From contig JBAYHR010000001.1 in NCBI GenBank assembly GCA_041666045.1, forward strand, positions 187,391 through 251,390: a stretch of DNA of 64,000 nt, read 5' to 3'. The position numbers and the translations under genes were made by a program. Positions 39,173-49,795 of the stretch are shown piece by piece (positions within the stretch are counted from its first letter, which is position 1; each line of letters opens with the position of its first letter). Source of the DNA: Minisyncoccota bacterium (GTDB lineage Bacteria > Patescibacteriota > Minisyncoccia > Phycocordibacterales > UBA9973). The notes beneath the pieces are model-generated. The model was not told the origin of the DNA, searched no databases, and worked only from the letters and a program-made list of their open reading frames with translations.

Positions 39173-40447
39173 TTATTTTCTAGTTAAAAGAATCATCAAA
39201 TCTGAAACATTTGAACCTGTTGCCCCAGTCATAATCATATCACCAGATTTTTGGAATACTGGATAAGCGTCAAAACGGTCAATATAATCATCAAGATTTA
39301 ACCTTATTTTTTCTATTTTTTCTAAGGTAATTTTATCAATCACAGCCCCCGCAGAATCACCATTATCCATACCATCTGACGCAAGAGACAAGAATACCGA
39401 ATTTTCATCAACAAGCTTCATCTTAAGCGCTCTGAGGCCCATAAATAGGTTCCTACCACCACTTCCACCCTTCTTTGTAACCTCAAGTTTTGGCTCTCCT
39501 GCTGCAAGAACAACAGTATTATCTCTTTGTGCTTTAAATATTTTTTTTAAGGCTTCGTCTATTTCTTCATAAAGTTCAGTAGAAACAATATTAGTTTCAA
39601 AACCAAGTTCTTTCGCTTTTTTATCCATAGCCTCTACTGCAGTTTTATTTGAAACTAAAACAAAATTATTAACCTTTTTAAAATATTTGTCATCCTTAGG
39701 TGTCTCAACTAAATTAAATTTTCCTAAATTATTTTCATCAATTACTTTTTGAATATCAGTTACAGTTGTCTCATCTTTATAAGTTGGACCAGAAGCAACT
39801 TCATTAAAATTATCTCCTGGAACATCAGAAAAAATAAGACCGATAACGGTAGCTGGATAAGCAATCTTAGCTAAACCTCCGCCCTTAAGAACAGATAAAT
39901 GTTTGCGTACGTTATTCATTTCATTTATCGTCTTGCCAGTCTTTAAAAAATTATCATAAATATTTTGCCCTTGCACACATTCTTCTTCTGAAGAACATAA
40001 AAGCGCAGAGCCTCCTCCAGAAACAATAGCAATAAGAAGATCATCCTCATTAGATTTATCTGCTATTTCTAATATTTTTTTACCAGGCTCTATATTAACT
40101 TTAGATGGTCGAGGATGAGTCCCTGCAAATGTTTGTATATAATCACAACTAACTTTATGAAGGCCAATTACAACTCCTTCTTTAATTTTATTACCAAGTA
40201 TTTTTTCTAAAGCCAAAGCTCCATCACAAGACGCCTTACCAAAACCAACTACTTTTATTCTTTTAAATTTAGATAAATCAAAACTTTCATTATTTATTTT
40301 AAAAATATTATTCTCTAATTTAATAGAATTTAATATTACTTTTTCAGTATTTATAGAATCAAAACCAACTTCTGCTATTTCCAAAACCAATCTACGATTT
40401 TCTGTAATTGCTAAATCATTAAAATTTTTAATTCGATTTTCTGTCAT
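39173..40447 (-). CDS. Glycerate 2-kinase-like (DUF4147/MOFRL)
   Basis: VGFGKA, HPRP, VSGGGSAL, VRKHLS..KGG, SDVPGD, GGRN, TGATGSNVSD. Confidence 0.9.
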   Translation of the reverse strand: MTENRIKNFNDLAITENRRLVLEIAEVGFDSINTEKVILNSIKLENNIFKINNESFDLSKFKRIKVVGFGKASCDGALALEKILGNKIKEGVVIGLHKVSCDYIQTFAGTHPRPSKVNIEPGKKILEIADKSNEDDLLIAIVSGGGSALLCSSEEECVQGQNIYDNFLKTGKTINEMNNVRKHLSVLKGGGLAKIAYPATVIGLIFSDVPGDNFNEVASGPTYKDETTVTDIQKVIDENNLGKFNLVETPKDDKYFKKVNNFVLVSNKTAVEAMDKKAKELGFETNIVSTELYEEIDEALKKIFKAQRDNTVVLAAGEPKLEVTKKGGSGGRNLFMGLRALKMKLVDENSVFLSLASDGMDNGDSAGAVIDKITLEKIEKIRLNLDDYIDRFDAYPVFQKSGDMIMTGATGSNVSDLMILLTRK

Positions 40448-40452
40448 TTTTT

Positions 40453-41460
40453 TTATTTAACTAAATTTTGAAAATTACCAGAAATAAAACCTTTAATATT
40501 TTCTATTGTGGTTTTTAAAATATCTCCTTCCGCTTCTTTAGAATAAAAAGCTATATGGGGAGTAACAATAACATTTGGCATTTCCATCAATAAATGGTCT
40601 TCAACTAATATTTTGTAATCAACCTTTTCTTTGTTATTTCCATTAAATATTTCATTTTCTATTTTTAAATCTCTTTCTCCTTCTAAAACATCCAATCCCG
40701 CACCTGCAATAATCCCATTTTTAATTCCACCTATTAAAGCTTCTGTATCTACCAATGCACCACGGGCAGTATTTATCATTAAAACTCCTTTTTTCATTTT
40801 AGAAATATTATCCTTATTTATTAAATGATAATTTTCTTTTGTATAAGGTGTATGCAGTGTCACAATATCAGCTTCTGAAACAACTTCTTCTAATGTTTTA
40901 TATGTGACATTATTTTCTTTTGCAAAAGCTAAATCTGGATGAGGATCTGTTGCCACAACTTTCATATTAAAACCTCTAGCTATTTTTATTAAATTCTTTC
41001 CAATTCTTCCTGTTCCAACCACACCAATAGTTTTTTCATTTAAATCAAAACCTTCAAAAGATTTAGAAAAATTAAAATCATTTGTTTCTCTTATATAATT
41101 ATTTGCTTTTAAAACATTTCTTGAAAGATTCAACATTAAAGCAAAAGCAAATTCAGCAACAGTATGAGCTCCATAAGCAGGAACATTTGAAACAACAATT
41201 CCCTTTTGTGCGCAATATTTTAAATCAATATGCTCAAAACCAGTTGAACGTGTAATAATAAATTTTAAATTTGGCAACAAATCTAAGGCCTCTTTATTTA
41301 ACAAAGAATTAATAAAAACAGAAATTATTTCACAATCCTTTGCTTTACTAATATTATCTTTATCTAACTTTTCCTTACAAAAAGAAATCTCGCAGTCATT
41401 AAAAGAATTCTTCAAGATAGACTCATCTACTGCAGGTGATTCAAAAAATATTATTTTCAT
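40453..41460 (-). CDS. D-2-hydroxyacid dehydrogenase (D-lactate/glycerate DH family)
   Basis: TRSTGFEHID, NVPAYG, GTGRIG, INTARG, GLDVLEGE, TPHIAF. Confidence 0.92.
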   Translation of the reverse strand: MKIIFFESPAVDESILKNSFNDCEISFCKEKLDKDNISKAKDCEIISVFINSLLNKEALDLLPNLKFIITRSTGFEHIDLKYCAQKGIVVSNVPAYGAHTVAEFAFALMLNLSRNVLKANNYIRETNDFNFSKSFEGFDLNEKTIGVVGTGRIGKNLIKIARGFNMKVVATDPHPDLAFAKENNVTYKTLEEVVSEADIVTLHTPYTKENYHLINKDNISKMKKGVLMINTARGALVDTEALIGGIKNGIIAGAGLDVLEGERDLKIENEIFNGNNKEKVDYKILVEDHLLMEMPNVIVTPHIAFYSKEAEGDILKTTIENIKGFISGNFQNLVK

Positions 41461-41472
41461 AGCTTAATTATA

Positions 41473-41700
41473 TCATATTTTATCTTCTACAACTAAAAGC
41501 TTATGAGGATGGTGATGGCCATTTATTATTCTTATTTTACTTTTTGAAATATTAAAATATGAAGCTAAAAGCTCTATAATTTTCTTATTTGCCATATTTT
41601 TTTCTGCTTTTTCTTTAACTGAAATTATAAATTGATCAGGTGATTTTTGAATTATACTTTCCTTTTTTACTCCAACTGTAACTATTGCTTTAATATACAT
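41473..41700 (-). CDS. DUF167 family protein
   Basis: ISVKEKAEKNMANKKIIELLA.YF...IRIING. Confidence 0.8.
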   Translation of the reverse strand: MYIKAIVTVGVKKESIIQKSPDQFIISVKEKAEKNMANKKIIELLASYFNISKSKIRIINGHHHPHKLLVVEDKI

Positions 41701-42078
41701 TTATTTAAATAAATTTTTTAAAAAAGAAAAGAAACCTTTAGCTTCTTCACCTTTTTTAACTTCTGATAAATTTTTGTCCTCTACCACAACAATAATATCC
41801 TCCCCTTCTTTTGCTAAACCAAACTTATTACGAATACTTTCTTCTATTCCTTTATCTGTATTTAAACTGGCAATATCAGATGAAAGTTTTTGTTTATCTT
41901 TTTGCAATTCATTAATTTTATCTTCCACTATTTTCCTATTTTTAACAGTATCCTGCATTTTATCAAAAAGACTCACCATATTCCAAATAAAAAAAAGAAC
42001 CAAAATAACTAAAAGAAATAAAACTGGCTTAGATTGCACTATGTTTTTAAATTTATTGCTTTTTTGAAAATTTTTCAT
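41701..42078 (-). CDS. Septum formation initiator (FtsB/DivIC-like)
   Basis: TM helix, coiled coil, IEESIRNKFGLAKEGE. Confidence 0.8.
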   Translation of the reverse strand: MKNFQKSNKFKNIVQSKPVLFLLVILVLFFIWNMVSLFDKMQDTVKNRKIVEDKINELQKDKQKLSSDIASLNTDKGIEESIRNKFGLAKEGEDIIVVVEDKNLSEVKKGEEAKGFFSFLKNLFK

Positions 42079-42212
42079 ATTATGCTAATATTATTACATG
42101 CTTTTCGATAAAAAACATCAAAAGAAAATACAAGTTATTTGGTCAGTCGTATGCATTCTCATAATAATAAGTATGATTTTGCTTTACTCTCCAATATTTC
42201 GTTTAAAGTAAA

Positions 42213-44027
42213 TCAATCATTCCCAGACCGCATCATTTTAAGAAACACATCCTGGGTGATGTTAATTTTTGCGTTTTCTTTCATTCTAGCTTTTCCTCTT
42301 TTCTGCTTTTCGAGAAGCTTTTTCTTGCGACTTACATCCCCACCACCAACAACCTTACTACCATGCATTAAAACATCTTTACGAAAAGAAGAAACAGTTT
42401 TTGAGGAAATAATCCTTCCTAATGCTTTTCCCTGAATTTTAAAAGCAATCTGCTGACGTGGAATAATATTATGTAATTTTTCAACAACTTTTTCCGCTTC
42501 TTCTTCTGCCCTTTTTTTAGAAATAACACGAGAAAATGCCGGCATAACTTCATCAGCAACAATCAAATCAAGTCTGGTAACATTAGCTTCACGCATCTCA
42601 CCTATTTCATAAGAAATTGATCCGTAACCAGATGAAGTGCTTTTTAATTCATCAAAAAAATTACGCATAAGTTCACGTAAAGGCATTTTTACAGAAATAA
42701 CAGAACGGCTATCCCCAAAATTTTCTGTTTCACCAACCTCACCCTCATGATCAAAAAGGAGTTGCATAATATTGCCTAAATATTTTGCTGGACTTATTAT
42801 TTTCAAATTAACCCATGGTTCAAATACAGTTTGTATATTACCATCATCAGGAAAAAAATATGGAGAGTAAATTTTTTCTTTTTTTCCATTTTTCATTATC
42901 ACTTCATATGTTATGGACGGCGTTGTTATGACCAATTTCAAATTAAATTCACGCTTCAATCGCTCAGTAATTATTTCTAAATGCAACATTCCCAAGAATC
43001 CACATCTAAAACCTCTTCCAAGAGAACCTGAAGATTCTTCTTCATATGAAAAAGCTGAATCTGAAAGCTTTAATTTTCCTAATGATAATTTAAGTTCTAA
43101 AAAATCATCTGCATCTTCTGGAAAAATAGAAGCCCAAACAACAGGTCTAGGTTGCATATAACCAGGCAAAGCTGGCAATGGATTTTTGAATTTAGTTATT
43201 GTATCTCCAACACTCGCTATACCAGGCTTCTTTATTCCTGTAACTATATATCCGGTATCACCAGATGAAAGAAATTCACATGGAGTTTCTTCGGGTGAAA
43301 AAGTTCCAACTTCAAGAGAATTAAACTTCTCATTTGATACAGAAAAAATTAAATTTTCACCACGAGTTATTTTTCCATCTAAAACACGAACAAAAACTAT
43401 AACTCCTTTATGATTTGAATATTTAAAATCAAAGACAAGAGCGCGGAAATTATTATCACCTTGATAAGTTTCTTTTGGTGAAGGAATTTGTTTTATAACT
43501 TCATTTAAAAGATTTTCTACTCCTTCTCCCGTACGCCCTGAAACCAATATAATTTCATTTGGATCACAATTTAAAAGCTTAACTACTTCATCCTTTACCT
43601 CTTCTACTCTTGATAATGGAGAATCAATCTTAGAAAGCACAGGTATAATTTTAAGTCCGCCATCACGAGCCATATTCAGTGTGGTAAGTGTCTGAGCCTG
43701 AACACCTTGAGTTGAATCAACAAGCAAAATAGAACCCTCAACAGCTTTTAATGCTCTAGAAACTTCATAAGAAAAATCTATATGCCCAGGTGTATCAATT
43801 AAATTTAAAATATAATTTTCATTATTATATTTATATTCCATTCGAACTGGTTGCATTTTAATTGTAATACCGCGTTCTCTTTCAAGATCCATAGAATCAA
43901 GCACTTGATCACGCATTTTTCGCATTTCTATTGTATGTGTTATCTCAAGCATTCTGTCCGCCAAAGTGCTTTTACCATGATCAATATGAGCTATAATTGA
44001 AAAATTTCTTATATACTTTAAATCCAT
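42213..44027 (-). CDS. lepA: Elongation factor 4
   Basis: IRNFSIIAHIDHGKSTLADR, GFRCGFLGMLH, GGDVSRKKKLLEKQK. Confidence 0.98.
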   Translation of the reverse strand: MDLKYIRNFSIIAHIDHGKSTLADRMLEITHTIEMRKMRDQVLDSMDLERERGITIKMQPVRMEYKYNNENYILNLIDTPGHIDFSYEVSRALKAVEGSILLVDSTQGVQAQTLTTLNMARDGGLKIIPVLSKIDSPLSRVEEVKDEVVKLLNCDPNEIILVSGRTGEGVENLLNEVIKQIPSPKETYQGDNNFRALVFDFKYSNHKGVIVFVRVLDGKITRGENLIFSVSNEKFNSLEVGTFSPEETPCEFLSSGDTGYIVTGIKKPGIASVGDTITKFKNPLPALPGYMQPRPVVWASIFPEDADDFLELKLSLGKLKLSDSAFSYEEESSGSLGRGFRCGFLGMLHLEIITERLKREFNLKLVITTPSITYEVIMKNGKKEKIYSPYFFPDDGNIQTVFEPWVNLKIISPAKYLGNIMQLLFDHEGEVGETENFGDSRSVISVKMPLRELMRNFFDELKSTSSGYGSISYEIGEMREANVTRLDLIVADEVMPAFSRVISKKRAEEEAEKVVEKLHNIIPRQQIAFKIQGKALGRIISSKTVSSFRKDVLMHGSKVVGGGDVSRKKKLLEKQKRGKARMKENAKINITQDVFLKMMRSGND

Positions 44028-44057
44028 AAAGATATCTTAACAGAAAAATCCTTAATA

Positions 44058-45737
44058 TTAAAGTCCTTCTTGAACTGGAGCTATAACTTTTGCGCGCCAG
44101 AATTTAGTTTTTAAAACTTTTATTAATTCTTTTAATTCTTCATTTTTAAGCAAATAAAGTACTAAAACTCCTGTTAAAATTCCAAGAATTCCAGAAATAA
44201 AACCTTGAAAAAATATTCCAAAGAAAGTTGTTGTTCCAAAAATTGGAGAAAAAATATTTAAACTTAAATAAGCTATAAATCCTATAAAAAATGACGCGCC
44301 CAAACTTTGAAAAAAAGTCTTGATAATAAATTGTTCTTTTTTTATAAAATCTTTTTTTATAAAAAACCAAAGAAGAATAAAATTTATTATCGTGCCTAAT
44401 GAATACGCCAAAGGAAGCATTAACACTTCGGTACCAGAGATATCAGACACTTTTAATAAAGATTCAATAAAATATTGAAAAGCGGAATACTGTTTAAAAA
44501 TATACAAAAATAAATAAGAAAATAAAACAATGGATAAAGAAGAAATAAAATTTATTAAAAGCGGTCTTTTGGTATTGCCTCCCGCATAATATGCTCTTGC
44601 AAATAAAGCGATAAGTCCTTGCGCAACTATGGAAATTGAAAAAATAGCAAGCGATGCTGCGACAAGACGTGTATTTTCCCAAGAAAAAGATCCTGAACCT
44701 AAAATAACACGCACTATTTGCGCGCGAAGAACAATAAAAAGAAAAGTTATTGGCAAAGACCAAAATATAATTTGTCTTGCGGCAGATTTTAAATGAATTT
44801 TAAAATCATCTATTTTGCCAGAAGAATATGATTTAGTAAGAGTTGGAAAAGCAGCTACAGCATAAGAAAGGCCTATTATTCCAAGAGGTACTGATTGCAA
44901 ATTAAGAGAAAGATTAAAAATTGAAATAGATCCTCCTTTTAAAAAAGAAGCGAAAGAAATAATTAATATTAAAGCAATGTTGTTAAAAGAAAGACCTAAT
45001 GTTCTTGGAAGTGAAATAAGAACCGCTTTTTTAATATCTTTAAAATTAATTGAAAATGAAAATTTTGGAGCAAAACCACATCCGGAAGAAGCAAACGCTT
45101 GAATTAAAAAATGCATTAAAGCGCCCAATACAACACCCATAGCAAGTCCATAAATACCAAAAATTGGATAAATAAACAAAACTCCCAAAATTATTCCGAA
45201 ATTATAAAAGATAGGACTCAACGCATAAATAAAAAACTTGCGGAAAAGTTGAGTTATTGTTCCAAATAAATTTGAAAACCCCAAAAGAATTGGAGAAAGA
45301 AGCATTATGCGAGAAAGTTCAATAACCTTTTCTTGCATCACAGATGAAAAGCCCGGAGCAATTAGAAAAACAATATATGGCATTAAAATAAAAGCAATAA
45401 AAGATACAGATACTATTGCAATAAAAAATACTGTAAAAATATCATTTAAAAATTTCTTTGCCTCTTCTGTAACTTTTTCACCAGACATTTTGCTTACTAT
45501 AAATGGGATAAGAACAGTTATTGAAGCAAGAGATGCGATAGATATAAATATCAAATCAGGTATTCTAAATGCGGCATAATAAGCATCAAGCGATGCTGAT
45601 GGTCCTATAAAATGCGCAATAAAACGATCTCGAAATAACCCTAAAATCTGAGACAAAAAAGCAAAAACACCCAATAAAACAGCAGCTTGGTTTATACTTC
45701 CAAATTCTTTGCCAAAAACCCTTAAAATTTTATTCAT
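44058..45737 (-). CDS. murJ: Lipid II flippase MurJ
   Basis: SQILGLFRD, DAYYAAFRIPD, multiple TMs, RAYYAGGNTKRP. Confidence 0.92.
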   Translation of the reverse strand: MNKILRVFGKEFGSINQAAVLLGVFAFLSQILGLFRDRFIAHFIGPSASLDAYYAAFRIPDLIFISIASLASITVLIPFIVSKMSGEKVTEEAKKFLNDIFTVFFIAIVSVSFIAFILMPYIVFLIAPGFSSVMQEKVIELSRIMLLSPILLGFSNLFGTITQLFRKFFIYALSPIFYNFGIILGVLFIYPIFGIYGLAMGVVLGALMHFLIQAFASSGCGFAPKFSFSINFKDIKKAVLISLPRTLGLSFNNIALILIISFASFLKGGSISIFNLSLNLQSVPLGIIGLSYAVAAFPTLTKSYSSGKIDDFKIHLKSAARQIIFWSLPITFLFIVLRAQIVRVILGSGSFSWENTRLVAASLAIFSISIVAQGLIALFARAYYAGGNTKRPLLINFISSLSIVLFSYLFLYIFKQYSAFQYFIESLLKVSDISGTEVLMLPLAYSLGTIINFILLWFFIKKDFIKKEQFIIKTFFQSLGASFFIGFIAYLSLNIFSPIFGTTTFFGIFFQGFISGILGILTGVLVLYLLKNEELKELIKVLKTKFWRAKVIAPVQEGL

Positions 45738-45755
45738 TCTTTTTTACTTTTTTGT

Positions 45756-47846
45756 TTAATTATTGTTATCTTTTTTAGTATTATCTTTTGAGTTATTGAC
45801 ATTTACAGAAGAAACATTTTTCAAAGAATTAACATATTGTATTAAATCTTTATCTTGTGGAAAAAACAAAAGCGCGGTTTCAGCATAAGAAAGCGCCTCT
45901 GCGTTATTACCTTGCATTTTTGATATTTGAGAAAGAATAATAAATGCGTCTATATAATCTCCCTTAAGGGATAAAGCTTCTTTGGCATAATTTTTCGCAT
46001 CTTCTATTTTACCACCCGAAAAAGAAGAACGAGCTAAATTAATTTTAAGTCCAGGATTAATAGGATTTAATTCTGATGCTTTTTTATAAGCGTCTACAGC
46101 ATTATCATAAGCTCCTTGTACTCCAATAGGACCTACTGTATCATACACAAAACCAAGCATTTTAAAATTTAAATAATTTGCGGGATTAAATGCTATTGCA
46201 TTTTGAGCTCCAGCTATTGCTTGATCATAACTTGCTTGTAATTCTTTCTTTTCTATTTCAGAAATAGATTGACCTTTAGAAACCAAAGAATTTAATTTAG
46301 CAATATATACTTGAGAATAAGCGCGAAAATATAAATCATTTGAATAAAGAGCAATCGCTTTATTTATATACAATTCTGCATCAGGCATAGTTTGAGCTGA
46401 AAAAGTTTTTTGAAAATAAACAACTGAAGCAAAACGTTCCATATATTTAAATCCTGCTGAGGCAGTTATTACCATAATAATAACAAGAACAAGTATAGAG
46501 AAAAAACTTTTACGTGGATCATCTAATAAAGAAAAAGATATTTCTCCTTTTGTTTTATTGGCACAATATAAACCTATAAATATTCCAAGAAATGCAAAAG
46601 CTAAAAGAAACAAAGCTAATCCTACAGGATAAATAAAAGATGAAATAAATAAATAAATAGACATTATAAAGAATAAATTTATCTCTGAGTTTAATGTATT
46701 TTTTTTATTTGCAACAAAAAGAGATTTAAACCCAGCAATAAGCATAAGAATAAAAAATATAACAAAAGCTAAAATTCCCAAAGATCCATTTGTAATTGCA
46801 AAAGTTGGCAAGAATCCTGAACCAAAATTAAAAGATGTATCCCAAAAACGAGTAGAGTTAATTACAGATGGTTTATACATATCCCAGTTTTCAGTAAATC
46901 TATTTGGACCAGCTCCTAAAATAGGATCTTTTACTAAAACATTTTTAGCAACAGACATAGTAGAAGTAAGAGATGGTCTAATCTCAAGGTTTGAAACACC
47001 TAAACGATTTGGTAAAAATCCTCCAATAAATTGCCCTGCTATAATAAATAGAAGAGAAATCATAATAATAGAAAAAGAAACAGCTGGAAAAACTCTTTTA
47101 TTTATCTCTCCTTGTTTTGCACCTGCAAAAAAAGAAACTTTATAAACAAAAAGAAATAAAGAAAAAATTCCTAATATCCACCAAATTGCAGGAAAATTAA
47201 CTATTATAGCCAAAAAAACTGACAAAATCATTAAAATACCAAAAAATAATTTCATTCTTTTTGATATTAAAAAAAATTCAATAATAAAAAGAGAGATAAT
47301 AACAGAAAGTCCAATAAAAATTCCAAGCGTATTCCATGATCCTAAAATATTATCGGTCTTTCCTCCTAAAACTCCTAATGATAATATCTTTGGCATAAAT
47401 ATGTGAAAAATTTGAAATATAAACAAAAATAAAGAAGAAATAACTACTCCTTTTAAAACTATTTTTGCTTTCTTTACATCTCTCAAAACAATAGAAGATA
47501 TAAGCATTAAAAGAAAGGCAGAAAGCATAAAATAAAAAGTTCCAGTATCAAACATTATTCCAAAAAAAGAAACTTTTGGAACTGAAGAAAAAAGAGCAGA
47601 TAAAAGAAAAGATAAAACTATTCCAAAGCCAGCAACTAAAAGCCAAGATTTCGGCAAAATAATTTTTCCATCAGAAAAACGCGCTGCAGTCCAAAAAATA
47701 ATTGAAATTGCCAAGCCTATTATTAAAAGCAAACCTTTTGAAGTTTCTATCGGTATTTTTGTAAAAGGTAAAAAGAAAATTGGTAATAAAACGATCACTG
47801 AAAAAAGTGACCAAAAAGAAATTCTGTCTAAAATATTTGATAACAT
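45756..47846 (-). CDS. Polytopic membrane protein, O-antigen-ligase-like with C-terminal TPR repeats
   Basis: Many TMs, PILGAGPNRF motif, C-terminal A..LNP/YKKA TPR-like repeats. Confidence 0.7.
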   Translation of the reverse strand: MLSNILDRISFWSLFSVIVLLPIFFLPFTKIPIETSKGLLLIIGLAISIIFWTAARFSDGKIILPKSWLLVAGFGIVLSFLLSALFSSVPKVSFFGIMFDTGTFYFMLSAFLLMLISSIVLRDVKKAKIVLKGVVISSLFLFIFQIFHIFMPKILSLGVLGGKTDNILGSWNTLGIFIGLSVIISLFIIEFFLISKRMKLFFGILMILSVFLAIIVNFPAIWWILGIFSLFLFVYKVSFFAGAKQGEINKRVFPAVSFSIIMISLLFIIAGQFIGGFLPNRLGVSNLEIRPSLTSTMSVAKNVLVKDPILGAGPNRFTENWDMYKPSVINSTRFWDTSFNFGSGFLPTFAITNGSLGILAFVIFFILMLIAGFKSLFVANKKNTLNSEINLFFIMSIYLFISSFIYPVGLALFLLAFAFLGIFIGLYCANKTKGEISFSLLDDPRKSFFSILVLVIIMVITASAGFKYMERFASVVYFQKTFSAQTMPDAELYINKAIALYSNDLYFRAYSQVYIAKLNSLVSKGQSISEIEKKELQASYDQAIAGAQNAIAFNPANYLNFKMLGFVYDTVGPIGVQGAYDNAVDAYKKASELNPINPGLKINLARSSFSGGKIEDAKNYAKEALSLKGDYIDAFIILSQISKMQGNNAEALSYAETALLFFPQDKDLIQYVNSLKNVSSVNVNNSKDNTKKDNNN

Positions 47847-47959
47847 AATTATTTTTTAAAAAAAATTAATAAATAAAAACACATTACGACTCTTAATCCT
47901 AATATTATACTATAGTTTAATTTAAAAACGCAAACCTGCGCACTTAAACATTAGACTAT

Positions 47960-49768
47960 TTAATCAGAATCAACACAATTAAATACTGGTCCGTCATCAA
48001 CCCATAAATTTCCTGTTGTTGTAACGCAAACCATTCCAAGATTAGTTCCCGGATTTACAACCGGCAAACTAGATACATTTAATGTTCCATTAATTGTTAA
48101 AATTTGACTGGCTGGAGTGGAATTAAATTCTCCATAAATCAAAGAGCTAGTTCTGCTTGTTGCTTCGTCTGTTCTTCCTTGATTATCTATAAATAATTTA
48201 TTACTTCCTGTTTCATAATATCCTGCTTGATAACCAAGAAATACATTCCCTGCGCCAATTAAATTTAATTTTCCAGCTTCATATCCTAATACTGTATTAT
48301 ATTGTCCTGTTGTATTGGAAACACCAGCATTATTCCCAATAAAAACATTTTTACCACCTGTTGTATTACCTTGTCCTGCATAATAACCAAAAGCAGTATT
48401 ATCTCCCCCTGTTGTATTATTTTGAAGTGAACTTGAACCAATAGCAGTATTACTAGTTCCTGTTGTATTATTTTCCAAACTTGATTGACCAATTGCAACA
48501 TTCATACCACCACTAGTATTAGTAATTAATGCTCTATTACCAACAGCTATATTATAATTGCCTGTTGTATTGTAATACAATGTTGATGCACCAAGTGCAA
48601 TATTATTATATCCAGATGTATTAGAATATCCTGCGCCATTTCCTATAAAAGAATTAGCGTAGCCATCTACATTACTATATCCAGATATATTTCCTAAAAA
48701 TGTATTCAAGTTTCCCGTTGTATTTCCATATCCGCTCTGATATCCCACAAAAGTATTTGGGGTTCCTGTGGTATTGCTATACCCGGCTTGATAACCCATT
48801 GTTGTATTATTGTCAGCAGTATTTTGAACTAATGATTCAGAGCCTATTGCCGTATTTCCGTTTCCAATTATATTGCTGCTAAGCGAAGTAAATCCAATAC
48901 CTACATTGTTTGTTCCTGTTGTGTTCGCATTCAAAGAGCTTGATCCAATCGCTGTATTAGATTGTCCCAATGTATTTGAATAAAGCGACAAATTTCCAAT
49001 TGCTGTATTGTCAGTTCCTGTGCTATTTGTAAAACCGCTCTGATAACCTGCAAAAGTGTTTGAAGAGCCTGTTGAATTTGTATATCCCGCTTGATAGCCA
49101 AGAAAAGTATTCAGAGTTCCTGTTGTGTTTGAATATCCTGCTTGATAACCTATCGCTATATTGTCAGACGCTGTTGTGTTTGAATAAAGCGCTTGATTGC
49201 CGATTGCTAAATTTTGTTTTCCAGTGCTTGTGCTTGTCGGCTGGTTTAAATATAATGTTCTGTATCCAATTGCCACATTTTCACTATTCCATGCAGTGCT
49301 AGCATTGCTGAATGATTGCGTATACAACGCTTCATTTCCTATTGCAGTATTTTTGCTTGCTGTTATATTTCCATATCCACTTTTATAACCAATAAAAGTA
49401 TTATCTGTATCTACACCATCTGTGGCAATACCAGCTTGATAACCTAAAATAGTATCTCCAGAACTGTCAACTTCTCCAGCTTTTTGATTATTAACTTTAA
49501 TATTGAATGGCACATCGTTTGTCGTGCCGATAAATTTAGTCGCGTCTGACACATCTCCCTCTAAAGACCAACCAGTTGGAATAGTCACAACACAATCAGC
49601 GCTACTGCCAGGATCACAAGCAGGATTAAGAGTCGCTCCAGGAGCAAAACCTCCATCTGGTGGAGTGTCAGCAGCAAATGAATGAAAAGTAGTTGCAAAC
49701 ACAACTAAAAAACCAAGAGCTAAAATTGAAACTAAATGCTTTTTAAAAATATGTTTTATTAAATTCAT
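47960..49768 (-). CDS. Secreted beta-helix repeat protein (adhesin/tail-fibre-like)
   Basis: Signal peptide; many ~14-aa N(T/V)(A/F)(I/L)G..(A/S).Y.NTTG repeats. Confidence 0.75.
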   Translation of the reverse strand: MNLIKHIFKKHLVSILALGFLVVFATTFHSFAADTPPDGGFAPGATLNPACDPGSSADCVVTIPTGWSLEGDVSDATKFIGTTNDVPFNIKVNNQKAGEVDSSGDTILGYQAGIATDGVDTDNTFIGYKSGYGNITASKNTAIGNEALYTQSFSNASTAWNSENVAIGYRTLYLNQPTSTSTGKQNLAIGNQALYSNTTASDNIAIGYQAGYSNTTGTLNTFLGYQAGYTNSTGSSNTFAGYQSGFTNSTGTDNTAIGNLSLYSNTLGQSNTAIGSSSLNANTTGTNNVGIGFTSLSSNIIGNGNTAIGSESLVQNTADNNTTMGYQAGYSNTTGTPNTFVGYQSGYGNTTGNLNTFLGNISGYSNVDGYANSFIGNGAGYSNTSGYNNIALGASTLYYNTTGNYNIAVGNRALITNTSGGMNVAIGQSSLENNTTGTSNTAIGSSSLQNNTTGGDNTAFGYYAGQGNTTGGKNVFIGNNAGVSNTTGQYNTVLGYEAGKLNLIGAGNVFLGYQAGYYETGSNKLFIDNQGRTDEATSRTSSLIYGEFNSTPASQILTINGTLNVSSLPVVNPGTNLGMVCVTTTGNLWVDDGPVFNCVDSD

Positions 49769-49795
49769 ACTGCTAATATTATACTATAAAATAAA

